A stretch of DNA of 64,000 nucleotides from Rhizophagus irregularis (taxonomy: Eukaryota): assembly GCF_026210795.1 (NCBI RefSeq), contig NC_089431.1, positions 5,146,001-5,210,000 on the forward strand, given 5' to 3'. Below the pieces are notes generated by a model that was not told where the DNA came from, did no database searches, and saw only the letters and a list, made by a program, of their open reading frames with translations. The position numbers and the translations under genes were made by a program. Below are positions 13,913 to 27,327 of this stretch, piece after piece. Each line of letters starts with the position of its first letter. Position 1 is the first letter of the stretch.

Positions 13913-15513
13913 TTAAAAAAGCATATTTCCATTATATTCACTATAAAATCCCCCTGGAATTCTTACCTTTGGTTTTGGATTGTTGTTACTTTGATCATTA
14001 AATGCCCCTGGAATTACCTCTGGTTTTGGATTTTGATCACTAAATGCCCCTGGAATTATTACCCCTGGTTTTGGATTGTTATCACTTTGATCACTAAATG
14101 CCCCTGGAATTATTATTGGATTGTTGTTACTTCGATTACTACTACTTCTAAATGACCCTGGAATTACCCTTGGTTCTGGATTCTTGTCGCTTTGATCAAT
14201 ACTTCTTCTAAATAACCCTGGAATTGCCCCTGGTTCTGGATTGTTGTTACTTTGATTACTAGCTCTTTTTGATTTCCGCTGTCGTGCCTTTCGTCGTCTT
14301 GGAAGTATCTCTGGTTCTGGATTGTCGTTACTTTGATTACTAGTTCTTCTGGATATTGTTAGCTCTGAAAATACCTCTGGGTCTGGAATGTCATTATTCT
14401 GATTGCTGGTACTTTCGAATAACCCTCGTACTGGAAATATCTCTGGGTCTGGATTGTCATTATTTTGATTGCTAGTGCTTTTAATTACCCGTGATAATGA
14501 GGGCTCTTGATTGTCGTTACCTTGATTACTGGTTCCGATTATCCGTGGATTTGAATTGATATCGCTTTGATTACTAATTCCTCTAATTATCCGCGGTTCT
14601 GGTTGATTACAATCATGATCCAAAAAATATTCAATCAAACTTTCATACATTTCTTCAGGAATAATCTTTTTGTATGGGTGAACCTTATGCAAGAACTCTT
14701 TATGAGTAAAATCAGTAAATCCAATAAAAGAAATACATTTCTGCAAAGTATTTCTTAAAGCGTTAAAATCATCATTTGAAAAACTTGTATAATCCGAAGA
14801 AAGTTCAGGATTTTGAGCAACACCCCATTTAAGTACATAATCCCAAACTTGAACCGTACTCATATCAATATTATTATTTTGAATAATAGAGATTAAACAT
14901 TTTTCTGGAATTGAAGTAAAGTCAGGTGAATTAAAAATTTTTTCTGGTTGTTCAGATATTAAATTTGTACAAAACATTCGAAGGTCCAAGAAAGAATCAT
15001 TTTCAAAACTTAATTGATATATTGAACTTAAATTTTGTTCTAACCAATTTGTCTTGTTTCTAATTAAAAAAGATTGTAAATGGGGAACTAGTTCTTGAAG
15101 ACTTAATTCATTTGCGCTGATCAAAATTTTAATAATGTCTGAAGTATCACATTCTTCTAACAAAATCTTTCCACCATAAATATACCTAAATATTATTTTA
15201 ACGTAAATTAAGAATAAATTTATTAAAAAATAATAACGTATTTATAAATTACTTACCTAAGAATTATTTGAAAAGTTTCGGGTAAAATATTTGGTAATTT
15301 AATATTAACCAAAGTTTCATCATTTTTCTTTTTATTAGTTGATAAAATTCTTCTCAAATAAGGTGAACGATAATTTAAAATAATTATATGAGCACGGAAT
15401 ATTCTTACGTAAGGGTCATTACCAACTTCAATTGTAATGTCATAATATTCATCGTCATCCAAAATTTCAAGCAAATTTTGTGATAATTTTGGTAAAAATT
15501 TATTTTCATTCAT
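13913..15513 (-). CDS. BTB/POZ-BACK protein with repetitive SNQSNNNPEP..IPG tail; exons 15513-15257 and 15185-13913
   Basis: BTB exon, the family's conserved GT-AG intron and BACK (VWDYVLKWG). The last ~225 aa are degenerate N/P/S-rich repeats with no TLDc motifs. Confidence 0.85.
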
Positions 15514-15925
15514 TATAATCGTAACGAAAAGGAATAAGTTTCAAAAAAAAAATTAGTCTTAAATTGTGAAAGATTAAACCTTATATAGTAACACAAGTTC
15601 CAGAATTGGAATGAATCGAATTGCTAAAATAATTCTTGTTCACAACGCACAAAAATTTAATTACATAACAAGGTGGAGTTCACATTTCATGTACTAAATT
15701 TCTATCGTAGTAAGGAAAATGATTATTGTGCACATGATATTTACATTTTATTAATAAAATTAGAAACAACCGTAAAAAAAAAAATAAATTAATTGAATGG
15801 ATCGTCATTGTGCATCACGCTAAAGTTTGAATAACGTAAAATTTAACATTATTACCTTATTTATATAGTTTATTTTTATCGGTTATTATATCATCTAATA
15901 ATAAATATCTAGACTGGAATACTTT

Positions 15926-16130
15926 GGCTATACTAATATTCGTTCTTCCGCCGTTGATTCTGGCTGGTGAACCGAGTCCTATTGATCAACATCTGGAATT
16001 TTTTGATTTGTAATCAATTTGTAATCAATTTGTAAGCATCCGGACCCATGACTTCTGCCGTCATTATATGGAATCCGAGCTAATTCCACGTCGGATCCAA
16101 TGGAAACCTGGGGCGAAAATTAGTATAGCC
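15926..16130. mobile_element. Putative MITE (~205 bp)
   Basis: 17-bp terminal inverted repeats with one mismatch (ggctatactaatattcg / cgaaaattagtatagcc). GC-richer than its flanks and not seen in the paralogous spacer 26551-27328. No clear TSD. Confidence 0.55.
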
Positions 16131-16337
16131 TCAATAGTATATCAAAAAAAAAAAAATAATTATTATTATCGAGAGAATTATTTCGATTTTACTTTATATA
16201 ATGTGATCGACAAGTTGATGCGCAGCAGATGCTTACGCAAATGAAATCACGTGCAAATCTAGCTTATAAATTACGCCAATCATTTGGCTGGGGTGCAGTT
16301 ACTCAATTTTTTTTTCTTTTTTTTTTGGAAGATTACA

Positions 16338-17831
16338 ATGATTGATGATAAACTTTTACCAAAATTATCCCAAAATTTACTTGAAATATTAAACGATGAG
16401 CAATATTATGATATCACAATTGAAGTTGGTAGTGAAGTATTCCGAGCTCATATGGTTATTTTGAATTATCGTTCTTCTTATTTTAGAGGAATTTTATCAA
16501 CCAATGAAAAGAAAAATGACGGAACTTTGACAAACATTAAATTACCAAATATTTCACCCGAAACTTTTCAAATAGTCTTAAGGTAAAAAAAAAAAAGAAT
16601 TAATTATAATATTTAATCTTAATATTTTATTTTTTTTTATTTTATTATTAACTTATATTGTCGTTTAATTAGGTATATCTATGGGGGAAAAATTTCTTTG
16701 GAAGAATATGATAATTCAGTTATCGTTAAAATTATGGTTGCTGCGAATGAACTTAATCTTCATGAATTAATACCATATTTAGAATCTTTTTTAATTGAAA
16801 ATGAAACGAATTGGATGGAACAAAATTTTGATTTGATATGTCAGATAAGTTTTGAAAATGACTCTTTCTTAAAACTTAAAAAATATTGCGAAGATTTAAT
16901 TTCTAAAGAACCAAACAAAATATTCAGTTCGCAAAAATTTCTTTCAATTCCAAAGAAACTTTTGATTACACTTATTCAAAATGATAATCTTCAAATGAGT
17001 GAAGTTCAAATTTGGGAACATGTAATTAAATGGGGACTCGCTCAAAATCCGGAACTTCCTTCTAATCCTACTAGCTTTTCAGAAGATGATTTCAATATTT
17101 TAAAGAACACTTTGCAACAATGTGTTCCTTTTATTAGATTTCAAAATTTAGCTTCAAATGAATTTTTGAAAAAAGTTAAACCTTATAAAAAAATCTTACC
17201 AAGGGAATTATATAATGATTTATTAGAATATTTTGTAGATAATGATGGTAAAGAATCAGTACCCCGTATAATTGAAGAAAATAAAGAAATTGATGATTCA
17301 AATAATATTGATTCTAAAATAATTACATTTCATCATGCTGAATTAATTTCAAAATGGATTGATCGATTAGAAGATACCGACGAGTTACCAACTTCATACG
17401 AATTCAAATTATTATATCGCGAATCCCGTGATAATGAGCACTCCGATAAATTTCAAGAGATTTGCAAAAATAAATCTCGCACCATAACAGTTATTAAAGT
17501 GAAAAACAGCAATGAAATCCTTGGAGGATATAATCCGACTGAATGGAAATTTGATGGTAGTTTTGGCGTTACTAAAGATAGTTTTATATTCTCCTTTAGT
17601 AATAATAGTATCGATAATTATATTTTAAGTCGTGTGAAGGAAGAAAAGAAAGCTATACATAATGGAAAACGCAGTACTTGTCCCCCAACATTTAATGTTG
17701 ACTTGGAACTGTATAGAGATTTTCTTACTAATGAATTAAGAATTAGTTGTACAAAACGTTCTTATGAGAAGGATATTGGAGCATTCAATGATTTATATTT
17801 AGCAGAATTTGAAGTATTTCAAATTGTGTAA
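16338..17831 (+). CDS. BTB/POZ-BACK-TLDc protein; exons 16338-16582 and 16673-17831
   Basis: MIDDKLLPKLS start, conserved intron, TLDc motifs (FKLLYRESRD, ILGGYNP..W, DSFIFSF, EFEVFQI). Confidence 0.9.
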
Positions 17832-19989
17832 GATTTATATTAAATTCAAAATTTTGGTATTTGGTATTATTTCATATTATTTGTAACGATAATTAGCCTT
17901 TATATAATAATGGTATTTTTTTCATTCATATTTTATTTTACTTGTATTCATATTTTATTTTGTTAGTATTGATTCCTATAGGATATTAAATAAAAATTCT
18001 GTCTTTCTGGGTCGCTAAGCAGTTTTTTTTAAAAAAAAAAAAATAATAGCAAATAGATAATCGTTATTTGCATTCATTTGCGTTCATTTGCAAAGTATTA
18101 CAAGAGTTAACTTTAATTTCTTTAATTGGTTTAATTGAATGAGTTTTAAATCAATTAGTAAAAAAATTAATGTGAATTTTTTTAATAACTAGACGCTATT
18201 TATTATAGAAAGGTATAATTTGTCGTATGTTGATTATATTGTATCATATGCAAATATCAATAAATTAATTTGAATCACATTTTTTATTTTATTATAAATA
18301 GTTGATATTGTGCACTACAAAAAAAAAAATCCCGTATAGTGATTTACCAGGATTTTTTTTTATTATCATAAAAGGAATATAATGAAATCTCTTAATTTCG
18401 CAAAATTTTACTGTACATAAAGAGATCGATGTTGAACCTATAAATCATTTCTTTTATGAAACTCTAAAATTTGCTTTCAACTAAGTTGATGGCGCGGCAG
18501 ATGGTCATATAGTTCGCCTAGTGAGGCAACAAGTATGAAGATTTTTTCTTTGGGCGTCCCTTACGCAATTCTTTTAAAAAATATCCTTATATAAAAATTA
18601 CAAGATAGTGCATCTATACAAAGCATTTAAAAAATTGAAGAAAATCTTGTATAAACATATTACTTCTGTTTAACCAATTGTCAAAAAAGATGTAAACCCT
18701 AAAAAATTTCTACTAACATACGAATATCCTTAGCCAGTATTAGTTATAAATTATATCACGTACGGAATAGGTTGATATTAACGATTAAAGCCTTTAAATA
18801 AATTATAATGATACGCTTTAGAATCGCGTATAGAACGACTTTCTCAAATAATTTGATTATTTGAGCACTTAATGAACCAATAATGCTTCCTTGAATAGTC
18901 CAATCAACCATTAAGTGAAAAATCTAAATCTACTATTCATGAGCAATTTGGAGCTTAATACAATTGAAGATTTTTTTAAAAACTAGAAATTTAATTACAT
19001 TTTTAATTATTTATTATTAAGACAAGCATAATCACAAAATAATGTCCAAAAATGACTAACATTACGACATTCGGCTGGAATTAAGTGTGGCGTACATGTG
19101 ACAAATATTATATGACGAATAGTATTTTCTACTATAAATTTCAGATACTCATGAAAGTTTTATTTGTTTATTTATTTAAAAGCTGGAACTCTGAAAAAAC
19201 AAAGAAAGATTACAACTTAGTAAAAAGTAAAATATTAAGCTATGCGCCTATACCACATAAGATCTATGAACTCACAGTTTATGTAACCCTCTGCCACTTT
19301 TGGAGCTACTATTCTTGTTATCATTTCCGGACGTACAAAAAAAAGATCAAAAATCTAATTTATATTTAATTTATATTAATGAAAGGCGATCATAAAGCCA
19401 AGAATAGAAACGGATATTTTAAGAAAAGGAATCACTTCTTTTTGATTGGTCTTTTTCATTTATTGCTTCTTTCCTTGATCATTCAGGGATTTATTGTACT
19501 TGTTTCAGACCTTTATTTTTTGTCTCCTCTGGCAGATTTTTTTTTTGAACGTCGAAAATTTTTAATAAATATCATTAATTATAAGATCATATATTGAAGT
19601 TTGAAATCATTGTTACAGCTAATACAATAATTCTTTCCAAAATAGTTTGTTCTTTCATTAGAGTTAAACAAATCATGTGTGCTAAAATTTAATACTAAAT
19701 TTTAAATATTTAATTCTGTTAGACCGTTATAATAGTATAGATATTTATTATTAAAATTTTAATAAGAGCTAAGTTATTAAATAGTCTATTTCAAATAAGT
19801 ATCATTTCTTTGCCCAATAAAATCAAATAATCAAGTGCCTATATTTATAATACCTAATATTTTTAAAATATACATATCCATATTGTTTTAAATTGATTGC
19901 TTTTAAAAATGAAAATTATATATTCGTAGAATCACCAAATGTGTTTACCTGAAAATTTCATAATATCCTAATGTTCATTAAAATTATAC

Positions 19990-22013
19990 TCAAAGATTAA
20001 TATCGAAATCATTTTCTATGGTAATATATTCTATATATTAATCAAAATTATGTTAATATTTTCATGTAAGCAACAAGAAAATAGTATATTTGCTTACCAT
20101 TATTATTAAAATTTATATCGATATCAAATTTGATTTCTTCTGAAAGATAATCTAAAGATAATATTAAATTTGATTAAATCATAATTATGAAATTAATATA
20201 TTATTAATAAAAAATAGTCACCATTATTTTTATTTTCAAATAATTTTTTTCTTTTAATGGAACCTACATAGTATAAAATATTAATTTGTATCATGAGTTT
20301 AATAGATTGTCAACATAATTCAATTTTATATCATACCACTATCATTTTTGTCTTCAATTAAATCATTTTCATATTTTCTTTTACCTTTAAAAGGAATAAT
20401 ATACAGTCATTAATATTTACATAAATTGACAAAAAAAAAATAAATAAATAAATTATTAATAGTTACCAGTAGATGTCTTGTTGTTTTTCCGATAATAATT
20501 AAATTGTTCTAAATAATTAATTTAAAATAAATAAAATCAAAAGCTAAATATTATGTATATTATGGATACAATTTTTTTACATAATATACCAAACCTGCTA
20601 TATTTCCTAAGTTAATAGATTGATGACTTCTTAAACTCCTTAAAGACATTGCAGTACTGATCATGCCGCTTAAATTTCTACTCTTGTAAATTGCATTTGG
20701 GTTATTAGTCGTTACAGGTCCAATATCTGATGATTTTACAATTTCGGTTGGGTTTTTATTACAGGAATTTTTCCATTCCTCGTCTTTCATTTTATCAATT
20801 TTGTCATATATATCAGTGGCATGTGGCCTTTTTTCTGGATCGGAATGCCAGCATTCTTTCATTAATTCAATATAGCCGTTAGGTGCATTTGTTACAATAG
20901 GTGGTCGTAAACCATCAAAAATTTCAATAATAAGTTCTGTATCATGATTTCGATCCCAAAAAGGTCTTCTACCTGTCATTAATTCCCACATAATTATTCC
21001 AAAACTATATATATCTGAAGCTTTAGTATATTTTTTTCCTTGAAAAATCTCCGGAGCCATATAAGGGATAATTCCATAATTTTCATTACATGAAGATTCA
21101 GTTGTAGATTTACTTATACCCAAATCACCTATTGTTATTTTATCAACAAATACAATATTTTTATTACCAATAAAGATATTTCCGCTGTGGAAATCCCTAT
21201 GGATAATATTTGCGTCATGTATATTGGCAAGTCCTTGCATTATTTTTTTCAATTTTGCTAACTTTTTACGCCAACCAACATCATAAAAACAATTAGTTAT
21301 ATAATTGATCAGATCACCTGAATCATAATATGGCATGATAATCATTATATTTTGAGAATTAGGATCCTGAGTAATTCCAAAATATTTGCATACATAATTA
21401 TTATTAGTATGATACTTGTAATAATCATTTTTCTGTTTTGAAGAATAGTTATAATATACCTTGAGCTATAATTTAAAAAGTTTAGTAATTAATTTGTTTA
21501 TTTTAAATTGGAACTTTTTGGTTTAAATAGAATATTTACCTCGTTCAACTCCTTAGATGTGATGTTATTAGAATTATTAAGTTTTTTGAGGACTACTGGA
21601 TAATTACCCAAACGATTGCTACTTCTATAATTCCAACCCCTAACTGGACCTTTAATCCAAATGGCTTTATAAACTTTACTAAATCCTCCTTCAGCAATAA
21701 ATTCTATGTTTTTGAATTGATCATAAGGAACAAATTCCATTTTTCCTGCATTTTTAACTAGACTAATTTGAGTATTTCTGATAAAATCATCAATAACTTT
21801 GTTTCCACTTTGTTTTACATTATATCTCTTTACTTCATAACAAACATGACAAATCAGATGACTTTTTTTTGCAGGTTTCCTTCTTTTATTACATTCGTTA
21901 CATTTTCTCTTTTTGTATTTTGATTTAACAATGGTTTGTGTAAGTTGAATTAAAGACGTATTGTTTGGCAATATAAAATCAGTTTTACATTCATAATTTG
22001 TTATTTGTTCCAT
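19990..22013 (-). CDS. TKL protein kinase, paralog of 3724-5721
   Basis: Exon 22013-21540 and an exon starting at 21465 (IIHRDFHSGN, DLG, YMAPE). Same micro-exon tail, ending ...ENDFDINL* (stop 19992-19990). Confidence 0.85.
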
Positions 22014-23270
22014 GTTTTTTTATAAAGGAAAATTAGCCTTTCAGTTTTTCAAAAACTATCTTATATATACGTCTTTAAAAATGTCCTTGTTAAACAAGGA
22101 ATTCGGTTTTCAAATTCTATAATTCTATATGTGATTTCTAAGAAGTTTCTAATGGAAATATAATTTTCTAAGAAATCTTCCATAGGATGCAAGAAACTAT
22201 TTAGTCTTACTAACAGTAACATTCTTAGAAACTTCCAATGACTTAATTTGGAATAGAAGTAGTGTTGGAATTTGGAAGAATCAGAGCTTCCAACCTTCCA
22301 ATGAATATCATTGTATTACGTGATACATACAACTAACGTACTATTAATTGTGGATCCGTTTTACAAACATTCGCATTTCTCATTATTATGAATCCTTGTT
22401 TAAAAACAAGAAATAAAAAATCAATGATTGCTAAAAAAAAAAAGATAATTCATGAATATGTTTTTATTTATGTTACATACTGTATATGAAAATTATAATA
22501 ATTATAAACCTTTATAAATATGAATTTTTACTCAAAAATGCAAAATTGTTACGCATATTTAAATAACAAGCAATGAATGGAACATCAATAATATATTGAA
22601 TATATATATTGGTGAATTTATACTTTTTATTTTTTAACTGTTACGTTGCGACATTTCATCATAGTCAATTGAATTAGTTAATATTAAAATGATAAAATTT
22701 TCTTGGCCTTATACTAAAAATGGGTTACTTAAAATTGTAATTTAAACATGTGATTGCAGTTGAACAATAAAATATGGAAAATAATGATCTAATATTTGTT
22801 CACCATTCTGACCATCTTAAAACTAATTTTTGCTCACCAAATTTGATCTAAATGTCGTCTGGAAATGGATCGGCGTGTCTATAATTAGAAATGTTCCGGC
22901 TTGTAATATTTTCTTAAAAATTTTGTTTTATAGCGGTATTTTATTTGAGTGGATTTAGTTTTACACAATTTTTTCAAGTTTTTCATATCTGGAATTATTA
23001 TAAGCCAGAACTTAATTTTAATGATAACGTTTAACGCTAATATTATTTAAAACAAAAACAATAATGTCCAATGATGATATCCGTTCGTCTAAAGGATCTT
23101 CGTGCGATAGAACATTTTGTTCTAAATAACTTTATTTGTAATAATAAAAGTGATAATTTTGCTAAAGCAGAAATACATCATACATTTTAAAAATTAGAAT
23201 ATAGTGAAATTTAAAAAGATTTAACATTTTTATGATATATAATTCAAATATATAGTAAACTAATTGTTTA

Positions 23271-23913
23271 CTATTCTTCAAATTCCTCAATCACTTCAGA
23301 ATGTTGAGGAACATTTTTTTCACCTATTACAATAATAAAATTAAATAAATCATTAATTAATTTTTAAAATAAAATAAAATAAAATAAAACGAATATAATC
23401 ATAAGCTTACTTTTTCTGGTTTGCTTTGGTAATAAGCATTTGTGAATATTAGGCAAGACACCACCTTGAGCAATTGTAATGTGACCAAATAATTTACTTA
23501 ATTCATCATCATTACGAATGGCCAATTGTAAATGACGAGGAATAATTCTAGATTTCTTGTTATCATGAGCAGCATTACCAGCAAGTTCAACTATTTCAGC
23601 TATCAAATATTCAATAGTCGCAGCAAGGTAGACGGGTGCACTGGTACCAATACGTGATGAATAATTTCCTTTTCGAAGAAAACGATGAATACGTCCAACT
23701 GGAAATTGGAGACCAGCCTGTAAAATTATAGTTTTTAATAATGAGGTAATCGATATATTAATTAGAGAATTTTTTTCTTTTGAAAGTGAGAATTTTAATT
23801 TAATTGAAATACTTTATTTATTTTTTTTTTTTGATAACAAAACATACTTTTGTAGTTCTTGAAAATTTCTTTTTTGATTTTGATTCATTTTTTCCAATAC
23901 TTGATCCATTCAT
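23271..23913 (-). CDS. H2A: Histone H2A (divergent variant), three exons: 23913-23848, 23717-~23411, ~23323-23271
   Basis: The spliced translation contains [59 protein letters not shown] and [11 protein letters not shown], and ends [19 protein letters not shown]. Confidence 0.92.
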
Positions 23914-25144
23914 TTTTTTTTTAATTTTTATTATTTAAACGAATTTATCTTTTTTTTTTGTTAAAAAAAAAAAATATATAAAGTGAATATAAGTTTATCA
24001 AAATTAATATGATTCTTTTTATTTCCTTTATCATTAAAATTTTTTTTTTATAGTATGAGAATTTGTAAGATTAATATAATTAATCATATTATTAATACCT
24101 CATATTTCATGCAAATTTAATTTCTAACTTACCAATTATATCATTGGGAAAATTACAAATGTATGATGATAATTTTAATAAATTAAACTAGTAGTTTAAT
24201 AAATAAGATTCTCACGTTCTATCATTATATTGAAGATACTGCGTAAAAGTTGAATTCCGACCTTCAACCTTACGCAATAATGATGTATTGAATCTAATAA
24301 TATGTTACACATAACGTTGATAAAACAACACCAACTTCCATTACCAGAAAATTATACGATCATTATGATGAATTATACAACATGAACAAAATTTATGAAT
24401 GTATTGATATATTGGTAGATATTAAATGGCATAATTAAAATAATTACATTACAACAATTTTAACAATTACAGAATTACAAACCTTACACCTATTAAAAAT
24501 TAAGGGAAAATACAAATCGACGCTGTCAGTTTTGCAATATCATTATCAATATTTGAATTAAATAATAAAGGTTACTATTAACTTTGTTATGAATAATTCT
24601 CAGTTTAAAAAGTTGCTATAAATAATTTTAAACAAAGAGAACAAACGAAAGATTTTCAGAAGGACTGGGAACGTTCAGCAATATCATTGCTTGTTATAGC
24701 ATTTTCAAATAAATGGCTCCATTGCCTTTATAAATGTCATTTCTTTATTTTAAACGTTTTTTCAGTTACAAAATTTCGATATACTGTATGTATACATCAT
24801 GGAATTAAATAATGTAGTAAATGAATATCTTTCATCATCTGATACGTTATAATATAACAGTTAAATTATATATTCAATTTTATTGGCAAAACACGCAAAC
24901 ACTCGTTATTTACAATTATTACATTAGAATTACTGTATATTATATTCATGATTATGACAATAATTTATAAAATACACATTTTTTTAAAAAAACGTTAATT
25001 ACCAAACTAGAACTTATAATATTTTATTCATTTACAAAAAGTTATAAACTGAACCATTTTAGTAGCACACCAATTATTATAAATTTCCAACTATATATTG
25101 TTATTGCATATAGTATACTCTTTACTTTATCCTTGATCTATCAC

Positions 25145-26551
25145 TCATAAAAATTTACGTATAGTGTCTTCTAGTGTAAAGCTTCTTTGCCTATTATTTC
25201 TGTTTACCTGCGGGTCTGGTTCCAGATTGTTATTACTTTGATCCCTAATATTTCTATTTACCCGTGTATTTAGTACCAGATTGTTGTTACTTTGATCCCT
25301 AGTATTTCTATTTACCCGTAAGTATGGTTCCATATTGTTACTACTAGTACTTTGATCCCTAGTATTTCTATTTACCCGTAAGTATGGTTCCATATCGTTA
25401 CTACTAGTACTTTGATCCCTAGTATTTCTATTTACCCGTAAGTATGGTTCCATATCGTTACTACTTTGATCCCTAGTATTTCTATTTACCCGTGTATCTG
25501 GTTCCAGATTGTTACTTTCTCTGTATCCCTCTAGTTCTGGGTTGTCTTTGTTTTGATTACTAGTTTCGATCACCCGTGGATTTGAATTGATATCGCTTTG
25601 ATTACTAATTCCTCTAACTATCCGCGGTTCTTGTTTATTACAATCATGATCCAAAAAATATTTAATTAAACTTTCATACATTTCTTCAGGAATAATCTTT
25701 TTGTATGGGTATACCTTATGCAAGAACTCTTTAGGAGTAAAATCAGTAAATTTAATAAAAGAAATACATTTCTGCAAAGTATTGCTTAAAGCATTAAAAT
25801 CATCATTTGAATAATTTGTAGAATCTGAAGAAAGTTCAGGATTTTGAGCAACACCCCATTTAAGTACATAATCCCAAACTTGAACCATACTCATATCAAT
25901 ATTATTATTTTGAATAATAGAAATTAAACATTTTTCTGGAATTGAAGTAAAGTCAGGTGAATTAAAAATTTTTTTTGGTTGTTCAGATATTAATTTTGTA
26001 CAAAACTTTTGAAGGTCCAAGAAAGAATCATTTTCAAAGCTTAATTGATATATTGAACTTAAATTTTGTTCTAACCAATTTGTCTTGTTTCTAATTAAAA
26101 AAGATTGTAAATAGGGAACTAGTTCTTGAAGGCTTAATTCATTTGCGCCGATCAAAATTTTAATAATATCTGAAGTATCACATTCTTCTAACAAAATCTT
26201 TCCTCCATAAATATACCTAAATATTATTTTAACGTAATTTAAGAATAATTTTATTAAAAAAATAATAACATATTTATAAATTTAAATTACTTACTTAAGA
26301 ATTATTTGAAAAATTTCGGGTGAAATATTTGGTAATTTAATACTAGTTAAAGTTTTATCATTTCTTCTTTCATTAGTTGACAAAATTCTTCTCAAATAAG
26401 GTGAACGATAATTTAAAATAACCATATGAGCCCGGAATATTCTTACGTAAGGGTCATTACCAACTTCAATTGTAATGTCATAATATTCGTCGTCATCTAA
26501 AATTTCAAGCAAATTTTGTGATAATTTTGGTAAAAATTTATTTTCATTCAT
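25145..26551 (-). CDS. BTB/POZ-BACK protein with tandem-repeat tail; exons 26551-26295 and 26216-25145
   Basis: Close paralog of 13913-15513 through BACK, followed by VNRNTRDQS.. repeats. No TLDc. Confidence 0.85.
25195..25512 (-). repeat. Coding minisatellite, 54-60 bp unit (VNRNTRDQSTSSNDMEPYLR)
   Basis: tttgatccctagtatttctatttacccgt recurs about five times with near-identical spacing. Confidence 0.9.
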
Positions 26552-27327
26552 TTTTTTCGTAACGAAAGGGAATAAGTTTCAAAAAAAAAATTTATTCCAA
26601 AATTGTGAAAGATTGAACCTTATATAGTAACACAAGTTCCAGAATTGGAAATGAATCGAATTGTTAAAGTAATTATTATTGTTCACAACGCACAAAAATT
26701 TCATTACATGACAAAGATGACAAGGTGGAGTTTACATTTCATGTGTTAAATTTCTTATCATGATTAAAGAAAATTATTTATTTGTGTTCTTCATAAAACT
26801 TACTTTTTATTAATAAAATTAGAATACAAACTTCGTAAAAAAAAAAATATATATATCCACCGCATTGATCGTCATCGAGCTTCACGTTCAGAATTATGTA
26901 AATTAAATATTATTCTAGAATTTTTTTTTTTTTGTATTTTATCTTGAATTTATTTTTTAACTATGCGTACACGAAAAGTCGAGACAGAAAATTAAATAAG
27001 TAAAACTATATAATTTTATTTCATAACTATTTATTTATCCATTACACCGAATTATCATTAAAGTGAATGGTTGCTTATTAGCATTTTAATGACCGATATT
27101 GCAAATAATAACGAAATAATTCTTTGGATTTTTGTTTTTGACAATCCATTAAAGAAAAGCTTTGACGTCACCGATCACGAGGTTGGTGACGATATTCGTA
27201 CGTAAGGTCGTAAGGTTACATGTGAGTGGCATCAAATGATTTTCATTCTTTTAAATAAGGCTTAAACTTTTAAAAACAAGCTTTTTTGAGTTTCTTTTTT
27301 CTTATTCTTTTTTATTTAAAAATTACA

